The notes under the pieces were generated by a model. It saw only the letters and a list, made by a program, of their open reading frames with translations. It had not been told where the DNA came from and made no database searches. A DNA stretch of 64,000 bases from Lama guanicoe (taxonomy: Eukaryota): contig MU056050.1 of assembly GCA_013239625.1 (NCBI GenBank), positions 916,084 through 980,083 of the forward strand. Reading direction: 5' to 3'. This document shows, piece by piece, positions 38,720 to 50,869 of this stretch. How positions within the stretch are numbered: position 1 is the first letter of the stretch; each line of letters begins with the position of its first letter. A program made the translations under genes and the position numbers.

Positions 38720-39503
38720 TGTGGCCAGTGGGCGGGCGGTCACTCCCCCTCCTGTTGTTGCAGGCAGATGCTGCACTTGGGTGAGGCAGGTGGGCGGATC
38801 AAGCCCCCTCCCAGCACCATGGTCAGGTGCTGCATTCCTGACAGGAAGGCGGGTGGCCGCCTGCCCTCTCCTGGCGCCGGTCGCTCTGCTGCTCTGTGCA
38901 GCTGCCTGCTCGGCCTCGGGTTGGTGCTCTGAAGATGGGCTTGGGGTAGACCTCGGAACAGCCTCACCCCTGGTCCATGCCAAATCTCAGTTCCTTGTTT
39001 GTCTTGGCAGCGTGAATTCTCTGAGGGACCAGGGCAGAAAGAACCTATCTGCCTCGGGCTGTAAACAAGTCTCAGTCCTGCCTAGGAGGTTGCGGAGCCC
39101 CTGGGTGTAGATTCAGGTCTTGGCCCCACCCCGTCCGGGTCCTGCACACAGGAGGAGATGGCGGCTGTGTCTGCGCTCTGCCTCTCTTCTTGGGAGAAGC
39201 ACCAGTAATGGCACCGCGGGTCTGAGGAGACAAAGGCTACAGCGCCCTTACCGTCAGGGCACACCAGCCGTGTTGCTTTGTTTTTTTACAATTTATGTGG
39301 GACCGATGTTGTTCTGCTCTGTGTCCCCTCCAGCCATGGTGCGCAGCACCCTACTGTCCCCTCGGGCTGCCTCAGTGCAGCCGCCCCAGTCCTCTGCCAG
39401 TGTCGGGCAGCCTGTCCCAGCCCCCTGCTGCCGGCTTGCGTCTTGGGTTGGGTTTTGTGAGCACCCTTTGTGTCCGTTTAATTTAGTTCGGTCTGTCAAG
39501 GGG
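38720..39503 (-). promoter_or_regulatory. CpG-rich L1 5' UTR (internal Pol II promoter region)
   Basis: The only CpG-dense tract in the window, with GC boxes (gggcgg), directly upstream of ORF1; promoter role inferred from L1 biology. Confidence 0.6.
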
Positions 39504-41208
39504 CCTCACCTACCGTTAATGTCCTATATTATCAGTGCTGAGTTCACCTAAATGTGAAACTTAATTTCAAAGATTTTATTTTCCCAGGATATGCACAGAG
39601 AAACACACACACAGATGCATGAACACACAGTGATTTATATGAGTTGTGCACTTCTACAAGAGTTTTACTTAAGGAGCAGGAAGTTTTCTTTGTAGCAGTG
39701 CTAATAAGTTAGATCTGAATATTGGGCATCATGCTTCCTAAAAGTCCATGACACTCTGCCAATTGCATGTCTCATCTTGCACATTTCCTCAGGCATGGTC
39801 ATTCTGTCTTCTTGACTACTCCTTCACTCTTCACGTTTCCATGGTCCCCGATCTATGAAAAATAAAACTAATTCATTTCCCTATATCTGATTTTGCAGAA
39901 CAATATATAGTTCTATTTACTAGCTAGTGGATACCTTTCTCTATTCAAAGACTCACTAGTGTGCTCTGCTTAAAAAATAAAGTAAAATAAAAGATAAAAA
40001 AAGCCATTCACTAGGGTCTCACCTGCCTCAGAGCTACTGAGGCTTTGAAATTGTCTTCCCTTACTACTTTCCCCTATCAATCTCCAAATTGGGTAGGTGT
40101 CACGGAACCTCAAAGATAGGAATCTGGCAGAAGTGGCTATATTAAGTTTCAGTTAGAAACAACATTTTAATATAGTAAATACAGTTGGCTAATTTCATTT
40201 ATTTCTTGTGAATGTTTCTAACTTTCCTTCCGAGAAAGCAGCTTTAATTTTATTTTCATGATGCTTTGCTCTCACTTCCATGTCTGACTTACAATTACTA
40301 TTGTTGTTATTAATACAAGGCAAAAAGTAAAAAGGGCAGAAGGAATATACAATTTTCTTATCTGTTTGATTTTTTCTTCAGAAACAGACGGCTTGAGTTT
40401 ACTTTCTTTGTTTTATGAATATGTATGCATTTTTCAATAAACTTGAATTATGATATAGATCATATTGGTATTGTATGATAGGATGATATTTTCAAATCCC
40501 CATTGCCAATCAAAGTTACACTTGTTTATATTATGCCATAGTATAGCAAATCATAGTAGCTTGAATACTGTATACGTGCCTCTAAGGCCTATTGGGTGTA
40601 TAGTGTTCAAGTCTTCTGTTTCCTTAAATAATCTTCTGCTTAGTTGTTCAGTCCATTATTAAAGAATGGTGTCAAAGTTTTGAACTATCATTTTTGATTT
40701 GTGCATTTCTATATTGTATCAGTTTTTACATCATGTATTAGGAACTCTTTTTAGGTGCATGTAAGCTTATAATTGTTTTATATTCTTTATCTATTTATCC
40801 TTTTATCATTATATAAGGTCTGTATTTGTCTTTAGTAACAGTTTTGGTCTTTGAATCTGTTTTGTTCTCTATTACTATGGCTAGTCTCGCCTGCTTTTTG
40901 CTCCTGTTTGCATGGTATATCTTTTTCTATACTTTTACATTTCACCTTCTTGTGACTTGGAATTTAAAGTTTCTCTCTTCTTAAACACATGTAGTTGAGT
41001 TATAATTAAATCCATTCTCTCAAACTTTGTCCTTTGCTTGGAGTGTTTTATCCATTTACATTTAATGTAATTACTGATAAGGTAGAATTTTATCTCCCAG
41101 TTTCTTTTTTGTTTTATACATGTCTTACATCTTTTTTGTTTTCGTTCATTTATTACTCACTTGTTTCCTTCTTTGGGTTAAATAAGTATTTTCTAGTAAA
41201 TTTGAATT

Positions 41209-41644
41209 TTTATTAGTCAGGGTTCTTCAGAGATTTAATATAAGGATTTGATTCACACAGTTATGGGAGTTGACAGATCCTAAGACTGAGGATGACTTGG
41301 CAAGCTGGAGACCAAGGAGAGCTGATGGTGAAGTTCTGGTCCAAAGGCCTGTAAGCTTGAGGCACAGGAAGAGCTGCCGTTTTAGTTTGAGTCCAAAAGC
41401 TATCAGATAGGAAGAATTCTCTCCTACCCAGGGGAAGGTCAGGATTTTTGTTATATTCAAGCATTCAGCTGATTAGATGAGGCTCACTCACATTCAGCAG
41501 GGCAATCTGCATTATTTAGTCTAATGATATAAATGTTAATATCATTCCAAAACATTCTCACACACAGAAACACTCAGAATAATGTCTGAACAAATATCTG
41601 AGTACCTGTGACCCAACCATGTTGACATAAAATTAACCATCTCA
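41209..41644 (-). mobile_element. ERVL solo LTR (MLT2B/D-like)
   Basis: tattagtcagggttcttcagaga ... gttgacataaaattaaccatctca; flanks gaatt / taatt match at 4 of 5 positions (5-bp TSD). Confidence 0.85.
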
Positions 41645-42752
41645 TAATTCCTTTCTAATTCTTTTGCTATATTTTTCAAATATTTTCTTTGTAGTTTTTC
41701 TGGGGTTACAATTAACATCCTAATTTGTGAGTTTAGTTCAGATTAATAATGATGAAATTTAATTGCATATGAGACTTTGGTCTTTTATAACTGGATTGTA
41801 TTCCCCCTCTTTTGTTACGTTCTTATCATGCAAATTACTAATCTCTACCTCATCAGCACAGATATATAATTATTGTATTATGCAATTACCTTTCAAATTA
41901 GACAGAAGATAATAGTTCTAAGCCAGAAAACACAGATACTGATTTTTAGATTTACCTGTGTAGTTATCTTTTCTAGTGCTCTTAATGTTTTATGATTCAA
42001 GGTTTTGTCTAGTGCCTGTTAATTTCTACCTGATCAACTCTTTTTAGTATTTCTTGTAGGTTTAGTCTGCTAGTGACAAATTTTGTTACCTTTTGTCTGG
42101 GAATTTCTTATTTATCCTTCATTTTTAAAGGATAATTTTGGTACATATATATTCTGGATTTACAGTCTTTAACACTTTGAAGCTTTTGTAACCCTCCATT
42201 CAGGACAACAGGATTTCTGATGAGAAGTTGGCTGTTAATCATACTGAAGATCCCTTATACATGATGACATGATGAGTCACTCCTCTCTTGTGGTTTTCAG
42301 AAGTTCTCTATTCATCTTTCAACAGTTGGATGATAATGTATCTCTGTCAGGATTTCTTTGAATTCATCCTACCTGGAGTTTGTTGAACATATTCAATATA
42401 TGAGTACATTTATGTATTTCTACCTCATTTTCTCTTATCCTGGGTTTCCCATTTTGCCTATGATGGTATGCTGGTTGGTGTCACACACACATGTCTTAAG
42501 TTCTTCAATTGTCTTCATTTTTTTCCCTCTTTATTCCTGAGATTTATCTATGTCAATTGACTCATCATCAAGTTCACCATTTGGTTTTTCTGATTATTCA
42601 GTTCTGCTGTGAGCTCCTCTAGTGATTTTTCAGTTCAGACATTGTTCTTTTGAATTGCAGAATTTCCATTTGAGTCTTCTAAATTTTTTCTCTATTTTTT
42701 TTACATTGTGTTTAGTGAGATGGTATTTTCATACTTTCCTTTAGTTCTTTAG

Positions 42753-45259
42753 TTTTTTTAATTGAAGTATATTTGATTTACAATGTTTTTAGTTTCTGAT
42801 GTACCGTAGAATGATAAATTATATGTATGGATATGTATTATTTTTCATATTCTTTTTTTCATTATGGATTATCACAAGATATTGAATATAGTTCCTTCTG
42901 TTACACAGTATGACTTTGTTGTTTATCTGTTTTATATATAGTAGTTTTTATCTGCTAATCCCGAACTACTAATTTATCCTTCCCCTCTTTCCCTTTGGTA
43001 ACCATAAGTTTGTTTTCTATGTGTGTGAGACTTTCTGTTTTTTAAATAAGTTCATTTGTATCATTTTTAAAGGTTCAACATATAAGTGTTACCATATGAT
43101 ATTTGTCTTTCTGTTTCTGACTTGACTTCACTTAGTATGATAATATCTGGGTACATCCGTGTTGCTGCAAATAGCATTATTACTATTTTTTTTTTATGGC
43201 TGAGTAGAACTCCATTATATATATATACACACATACCACCACTACTTTATCCAATCATATGTTGATGGACATTTAGGTTGCCTCAATGTCTTGGCTGTTG
43301 TAAATAGTGCTGCTGTAAACATTGGGGTGCACGTATGTTTTTGAATTGGAGTTTCTCCAGATAATGTCCAGGAGTGGGATTGCTGGATCATATGTTAACA
43401 CTGTTGTTAGGTTTTTAAGGAACCTCCGTACTGCTTTCCATAGTGGCTGCGCCAAATGACATTCCCACCAACAGTGACCGTAGGTGTGTGGGTTTATTTC
43501 TAGACTGTCTATTCTGTTCTGTTGATCCATATGTCTGTTTTTCTGACAGTGCCATGCTGTTTTGTTTACTGTAACTTTGTAGTATTATCTCAAGTCTGAG
43601 ATGGTTATGCCTCCAGCCTCGTTCAGGATTGCTTTGGTAATCCTGGGTCTTCTTGTGATATCATATAAATTTTAGAATTACTTGTTCTAGTTCTGTGAAA
43701 AAATGTCCTGGGTAATTTGATAGGGATTGCATGAAATATGTAGATTGCTTTGGATAGTATGATCATTTTAACAATATTAATTCTTCCAGTCAAGGAATGC
43801 GGGATATATTTACATTTCTTTAAATAATCTTTAATTTCCTTATTAATGTTTTGTAGTTCTCATCATCTAAGTCTTTCACCTTCTTGGTTAGGTTTATTCC
43901 TAGGTATGTTGTTTTTGTTTTTTGATGCGACTTTTAAAAGGGATTTTTTTTTGATGTGATTTTTAAAAGGGATTTTTTTTCACTATCTTTCTTATATTTC
44001 ATTGTTAGTGTAAAGAAATGCAACTGATCTGTGTATGTTAATCTTGTATCCTGCTACTTTGCTGTATTTATCAGCTCTACTAATTTTTGTGTGGAGTCCT
44101 TAGGATTTTTTATATATTGTATCATGTCATCTGCATATAGTCATAATTTTACCTCTTCACTTTCAGTTTGGATCCCTTTTATTTTTTTCTTGTCTGACTC
44201 CAATACTATGTTGAGTAGAGGTGTTGAGAGTGGACATTCCCATCTTGTTCCAGATTTTAGTGGGAAGGCTTTCTACTTTTGCCATTGAATATTATATTGG
44301 CTTAAGTTTGTCATAAATAGCTTTTATCATGTTGAGATTTGTTCCCTCTATACCCACTTTGGTAAGAGTTTTCAATGATGAATAGATGTTTTATTTAATC
44401 AAATGCTTGGATGTTCCACATCAGCTGAGTTTACAAAGGCATTGGAGACATATATCTACCAAAGCCACCTGGATGCAGCTCAGATTTCAGCCTTGCTTCC
44501 AAAGTCTTGTCGCCCCTTGAATGGGCTCAGTTCTCAGTCCCGTTTCTGCTTGAGGGTGACCTGCCAATGACTGCACCCTCCCAGAACTCTTAGAGGTGGA
44601 GTCCTGTATCTATGAGCTAGCTGAGAATGAGACTGCTAAGGTGTGGTCCTGCCCCTTCCTTTGCTAGTTTGTGTTAATAATCGGGCTTTTTCTGGAGGGC
44701 TCAGATTGCTTTGCAGGTGCTCCCAGTTTCAGCCCATACCACACTCTAGCCACTTCAGGTTGTCTTTCCACAGTGAACCCCAGTTCTCTCCCTAAGACTT
44801 TCTTCTGAAGTACAAGTTTCAGTACCCAGCTCCCACAGATAGCAGCAGGCTCATGTCTCAGGCTGGGGAGTGCAGCCAGATGGCAGGTACTCTCTGTGCT
44901 GGGCTGTTTCTGTTCTGCCTGCAGTAAGGTGGCTGCTGTGTTCACATCCCAGCCTCTAAAGCTCCCTTTCTGTCCTGGCTGATCTTCCCGTTGGTGGTGG
45001 GGCTTTCCAGGGTGAGGGAGCCTTTCCTCTTTCACAGCTCCCTCCCAGAGGCATGGGTCACATATGGATTTTTTTTTTTTTGGTCCTAACTGTTTATGTG
45101 ATGATCTTTCCCACAGACTTAATTGTATAAGATCTTCTGCCTGATTTCAGTAGGTATTCTGTGAGAAGTATTCCAAATGTTGATGTAGTTTTAATGTATT
45201 TGTGGGAGGTGTGCTCCATATCCTTGTCCTTCTATTCTGTCATCTTGATCACCTCCCCA
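42753..45259 (-). mobile_element. Cetartiodactyl-type LINE-1 with 5' UTR and 3' end but two internal deletions
   Basis: 5' end GGGGAGGTGATCAAGATGACAGAATAG; 5' UTR joins ORF2 near 44408; second jump at 43476; TSD tcctttagttctttag (42737-42752) / tcctttaattctgtag (45260-45275). Confidence 0.9.
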
Positions 45260-45464
45260 TCCTTTAATTCTGTAGACAGTGTTTCTAATATTTCTTTGAA
45301 AACATTACAAACAGCTGACTTAATGTCTTTGTCTAGTAAGTCCAATGTCTTATCTTCCTGAGGTATTGTTTCTGTTAATTTTTGAAACTCTGTCTATGGG
45401 ACATCTTTTCTTGTTCCTTCTCATGCTTCTTAAGTTTTTTTCTAATTAAAAATTGAACACTTAA

Positions 45465-45590
45465 CACTTTTATTGAGTTCATGTACAGTAAACTACACAT
45501 ATTTCAGGTGTACAATTTGATGAATTTTGTTAGATGTATACACCAATGAAACCACTACCACAGTTAACTAACATTTCCATTACTCCCCAA
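45465..45590 (-). mobile_element. Older L1 (L1MB/MC-type) extreme 3' terminus
   Basis: ttttattgag ... aggtgtacaatttgatgaattttg ... aacatttccattactcccc. Confidence 0.6.
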
Positions 45591-45594
45591 GAGG

Positions 45595-46882
45595 TGCAGT
45601 TTTCAAATTCTCAATTTATCCCTACCAACCCCCTTTAGTCTCTGGTAACCATAATCTCTATGTCTGTGAGTCTGTTTGTTTTGTACATAAGTTCGTTTGT
45701 GTCCTTTTTAAAAAGATCCCACATATAAGCAATATTAAGTGATATTTTTCTTTCTCTTTCTGGCTTATTTCACTTAGAATGACAATCTCCAGGTCCATGT
45801 ATGTTGCTGCACATAGCATTATTTTATTATTTTTTATGTCTGAGTAGTATTCCATTATATATATATATACCACCACTTCTTTATCCAGTCATCTGTTGAT
45901 GGACATTTGGGTTGTGTCCATGTCTTGATTATTTTAAATAGTGCTACTGTGAACATTAGGGTGCATGTGTCTTTTTGAATTATATTTTTCTCTAGATGCA
46001 TGCCCAGGAGTGTGATTGCTGGATCATATGGTAAGTCTAGTTTTAGTTTTTTAAGGAACCCCATGCTGTCCTCCATAGTGGCTGCACCAATTTACATTCC
46101 CAGCAACAGTGTAGGGAGGGTTCCTTTTTCTCTGCACCCTTTCCAGCGTTTATCATTTGAAGCTTTTTAATGGTGACCATTGTGACTGGTGTGAGGGGAT
46201 ATGTCATTGTAGTTTTGATTTGCATTTCTCTAACAATTGGTGATGTTGAGTATCTTTTCATGTGCTTGTTGGCCATTTGTAAGTCTTCTTTGGAGAGATA
46301 CCTATTTAGGTGTTTTGCCCATTTTTTTTTTTACTGAGTTGCTTGTTTTTTGATATTAAGGTGTATGAACTGTCTGTATATTTTGGAAATTAGTCCCTTG
46401 TCGGTTGCAACATTTGCAAGTATTTTCTCTCATTCTGTAGGTTGTCTTTTCGTTATGTTGATGATATTCTTAGGTGTTTAAAAGCTTTTGAGTTTAATTA
46501 GATCCCATTTGTTTATTTTTGGTTTTATTTCCATTACTCCAGGAGCTGGTTCAAAAAATGTATTGCTGTGATTTATGTCCAAGAATGTTGTGCTTATGTT
46601 TTCCTCCAGGAATTTTTTAGTATTTGGTCTTACATGTAAGTCTTTAATCCATTTTTAGTTTATTTTTGTATATGGTGTTAGAGAATGTTCTATTTTCAGT
46701 CTTTTACAGGTAGCTGTCAGTTTTCCCAGCACCACTTATTGAAGACACTGTCTTTTCTCCATTGTATATTCTTGCCTCCTTTGTCATAGATTAATTGGCC
46801 ATAAGTGTGTAGGTCTCTTTCTGGACTCTCTATTCTGTTCCATAGATTTATGTGTCTGTTTTTTTTGCCAGTACCATACTGG
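45595..46882 (-). mobile_element. 5'-truncated LINE-1, ORF2 C-terminus + partial 3' UTR
   Basis: ORFs 46043-46276, 45855-46076 and 45658-45876 (-) give [51 protein letters not shown]. Confidence 0.9.
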
Positions 46883-48013
46883 AAAACTGGATATTTTTAA
46901 ATAATATTTTTTTCCAACTCTAGGCGTCAAATTCTTTCCTCTCTCCAGGATTTGTTGTTACTGTTTTTTTGCTGTTGCTAGTTTACAGACTTTTGTGTAC
47001 TAGTTCAGTAATATATGTATTCTTTGTCTTGTGTGGCCACTGAAGTCTGCTCAGTTAGCTTTGCTGTCAACTAATGTTGAATAGAAATTTCCTTGGATAT
47101 ATGCAACCATTAAGTCTCCTTTTCTGTGGAGTTCTTTATTGATATGGCATTTTCCGTATGGATATGCCATCAGCCAGGCAGTTTACTTCAGTGCCTCTGT
47201 GTTTACTTCTTGTTTATTCAGAGCCTTAATGTTAGCTACTAGTGAGAGCTTACAGACTCCTCATGTCTGTCTTGAGCAGAGTCCTACACAGGCACATGGC
47301 CTTTAAGATTCCCAAGCAAAAGCCCCCTATGGACATCTTACTCTGCAGTTTCCTTTTTAGTCTTTTTGGTTAACCTGTTGTTTGCACCAGTTTTTATTCC
47401 CCAGCCAGCTATGATACTAACCGTTTGCTACTGAATAGTTTTGACAAATGCTCCCTGGGAAAATTTGTTCTTAATGTAAAGGCTCTAATTCAGGTCAAAG
47501 AGAGGTCTTATGAATGAGGTATTCCAGGAAACCACCAGATTGGTGAAATAATGGTAATTCTCTGGAAATGAGCCTTTGAAAGAGTTCTACCCTTGTTCAC
47601 ATTCCATTCATTACTATGCTGCTAATTATCACCATCGCTGTAAGTTGTTTATTTTCAAGGGTAACACACTGCTTGAGGTGAGGGGGAAGATGGGAATAGA
47701 TGGTGTTAAAAGCCAAAAATCGCCCTGTTTATACTGAGATTCAGCTTTTTTTCTTAAGTAAATTCTCCTGAATTGCTGTAAGACTTTGTTTAGTTTCTGT
47801 AATTCTGAACAAGTTTATTCTGACAATTTTTACCAGGGTTATTTTTTATTTTATTAAGGTGAAGTTTTTTAGAGGTCGTTATTCTGCTGTTCCCACTCTG
47901 CCATTTTTGAAAATACGTATTTATATAAAAGTAAATTAGAATATTTTCTTATTTTAATCTAATGGATGATTTTGTACATGCACTGATAAGTGTTCATGTC
48001 AGTTTGAGAATTA

Positions 48014-48254
48014 AAATTGACCCTTGAACAACACAGCTGTGAACTGCATGGGTCCACTTATAATCAAATTTGTTTTTAATAGTAAATACTGCAGTACTAC
48101 ATGATCCATGGTTGGTTCAATCTGTGGTTGTGGAATCGTGAATACAGAGGAACCTAACTGTGTATGTGGAGGGCTGACCCTAAGTTATTTAGGGATCTTC
48201 AACCGTGCTATGGGTCAGTGCCCCTTAACCTCTGCATTGTTAAAGGGTCCATTG
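48014..48254. mobile_element. Tigger-family MITE (MER8)
   Basis: About 240 bp with terminal inverted repeats aaattgacccttgaacaac / ttgttaaagggtccattg flanked by TA dinucleotides. Confidence 0.85.
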
Positions 48255-50399
48255 TACTGTTACATAAGGAAGAACCAAAATGTATAGATGAGATTTATAG
48301 GGAAAAATCTCTTGTCCTAAATTTCAAGGAATTAGAACTGCTTCAAAGGCAGGATGGGTCACTTTATCAAGCAAGAGGCTTCCTAGATCATCTTTCAAAA
48401 GTACCTCAGAAGATATCCTTCATGGTCAGTGATGCACATGTAAACCAAATGAATTATAAAATCTGTTACAATTAAGTTTCTCCTTAGAATCTATTACTTA
48501 GTATGTTTAATATACTGATAAAATTCTAATTTCCAAACCATGCACCTGTGTGTGAGTGTGTAAGTGTACAAACAGTGTCTTTTAGAGGAATTAAGTGTGG
48601 GTATATATAGATATTTACACAGATACATTGTCACATATATGCACATATGCATTTGATTGAGACTGAAATTAGAAGGTGTTATCATATAAATAGACTACTT
48701 GAAAAGATAAAATAAACCTAGATTAACTTAATGTCATTGTTTTCTGCTTGTAACCTTTGTGTTAAAAATGAGCTATCTTGTGTTTTAAAGATCAGCCTTA
48801 TCTCAGGGTTATATATTACCCTGATAATTATTGTTAGAGATACAGAAATGGCTATGAAACATGTCCAATTTTGTGAACACTCAATCACTACAATAAAAAT
48901 AGAAAATATCATAAAACTAAATATGATGTTCTGACATTTTTAATAATGAGAATATGAAATGTTAGAACACAATTTCATTTCCTTGGTAATTTAACCCCTG
49001 GGTTTCTGCTATGGTCTCTAGGTTTCAGCCATGTTTCCCAGTACTGCTTTGGTGGTTCTATATGTACCTTGTCTAATGCCTTCCAAGGACATTTTCAGCT
49101 GCATCCTTTCTTGTGTATAATGGCTCCTAAAAGGATCTGCCTGTGTCATTTCAGAGGGCAGAACTCAGTCACTGTTCCAGTACTACAGCTGGCTTGTCAA
49201 TAAGAAACCAGTTGGTGTTTCGTAATGGAAAAAGTAAAGAATATTTGTGTCTGCCTGTATGAAATAATTACACAAAAGCCCAAGGTTGCTTCATTCATGT
49301 GCGTGTCTTCTCTAGCTAGGTTCATATAATAAAAAAAAATATTCCTTGCATTTTTAATGTGTCCATGACACATATATTTATGTGGAATGTCACTTCAAAA
49401 TACAACTTGAGTTTTACAGTGTTGTGGCCCCATGAAGACAAATTTCATAATGGTTTATTGAGAGCACCTGAAAATTTAAGTTTACTCCTTAGTTTCAGGG
49501 AAGTTATGTTCAAAGAAAAGAATGAATAGTAGAGGCTATTGCTTACTTTTGTCTGAAAAATAGATGAAGACATAGAACTATGAATATTTTTTATATCTGT
49601 TCTCTCTGCAATACATAGAAAGCTAGTTTGGCAGGAAGAAATAGTGTGGAATAGAATTAGATCAATTACTTGCATGTTAATGGTACTTGTCATTTCAATT
49701 GAGTTACTTCAGGCAGTTTCCACTGCTTTATAATCCTCCTCAGTAAAAGAGGCTATCACTTAAATGAAAAAATCCAGATGATCAGTTAGGCTGAGGTGTG
49801 AAATCATACCTACAAGGTGAGGATTATTTAATGTGGAAAAATTAAGTCAGAAGAGAAGAAATTGACTTCTGTAAAATTCTGAAAGGAAGAAAATGGGACA
49901 TTGCTTTTGAAATTGTTTGTCTTTTAAAAATATATTAATATATTTTATTCATAGATATTAAAACAAAAGGAGTAAAAAGGGAAAGTCCCACTTCCGCAGT
50001 TTCCTCAATTCCCTTCTTCCCCATAGAAGTGTCTCTCAACTGGTTTTCCCATGGGTTTGCGTGTATAGTGATCTGCATATACACACACACAGTTATTATT
50101 CTGTAGCATGTTTATTTACCTGGTGATATTTCCATGTTACTCATAAGACCAGGCTCATTCTTTACAACTACTACAGTGTATATACAATAATGTATTTATT
50201 TACACTTTTTAAAAATGAAGTACATCTAGGTTTCCTAATTTGCTATAATTATATATTGTACACTTGATTTCTATTCTTGGGTCTTTAATCCTAATGGATA
50301 AACTCTGTTTTTCACAAACATCTGTAATCCACTGGTTTTCATTGTGATCTCTAACATATTTACACTTATTTTTAACATTATAGTTTGTTTTTTCTTTTC

Positions 50400-50814
50400 A
50401 ACATGTGTATATACATAGTTTATTTCATACACCAGTGTGGTGAGCATATTCTTTTTTTAATTCTTTTTCACTATAGTTTATTATAAGATACTTAATATAG
50501 TTCCCTGTGCTATAAAGTAAGTCCTTGTTATTCATCTGTTTTATATATGGTAGTGTGCATCTGTTTATTCCATACTCCCAATTTATCCCTCTCCCTCTTC
50601 TCCTTTGGTAACCATAAGTTTGTTTTCTGTCTTTGTGAGTTTATTTTGTAAATATGTTTGTACAATTTATTTTACATTTTCACATATAAGTAATGTCATA
50701 TAATAGTTGTCATTCTCTCACATACTTCAGCAGGATAATCTTTTGGTTCATCCATGTTGCTGTAAATGACAATTTCATTGTTTTTTATGGTCAAATCTCC
50801 ATGATATATATGTA

Positions 50815-50869
<55 letters not shown>

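Larger units (their letters stand above)
36985..39503 (-). mobile_element. Young LINE-1 derivative: GC-rich 5' UTR + ORF1 + last part of ORF2 + 3' UTR + poly(A) (half-L1-like, about 2.5 kb)
   Basis: TSD cctcacctaccatt (36971-36984) / cctcacctaccgtt (39504-39517); ORF1 at 38706-37808; spacer joins the ORF2 tail near 37663; ORF 37428-37643(-) is the ORF2p C-terminus. Confidence 0.93.
40560..47910 (-). mobile_element. Old L1M element (ORF2 endonuclease region, ORF1, 5' region) hosting nested insertions
   Basis: Antisense endonuclease-region motifs at 40580-41000, ORF1-like motifs at 42050-42730, resuming at 45276-45460 and 46885-47910. Confidence 0.7.

Noticed and set aside
38637..39551. 157-aa and 143-aa + strand ORFs antisense to the L1 5' UTR (ORF0-like?)
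   Set aside because: Both start at TTG in GC-rich, stop-poor sequence and show no recognisable homology.
48164..48475. 103-aa ORF with protein-like composition
   Set aside because: It begins inside a MER8 MITE, has no convincing splice sites, and I recognise no homology.
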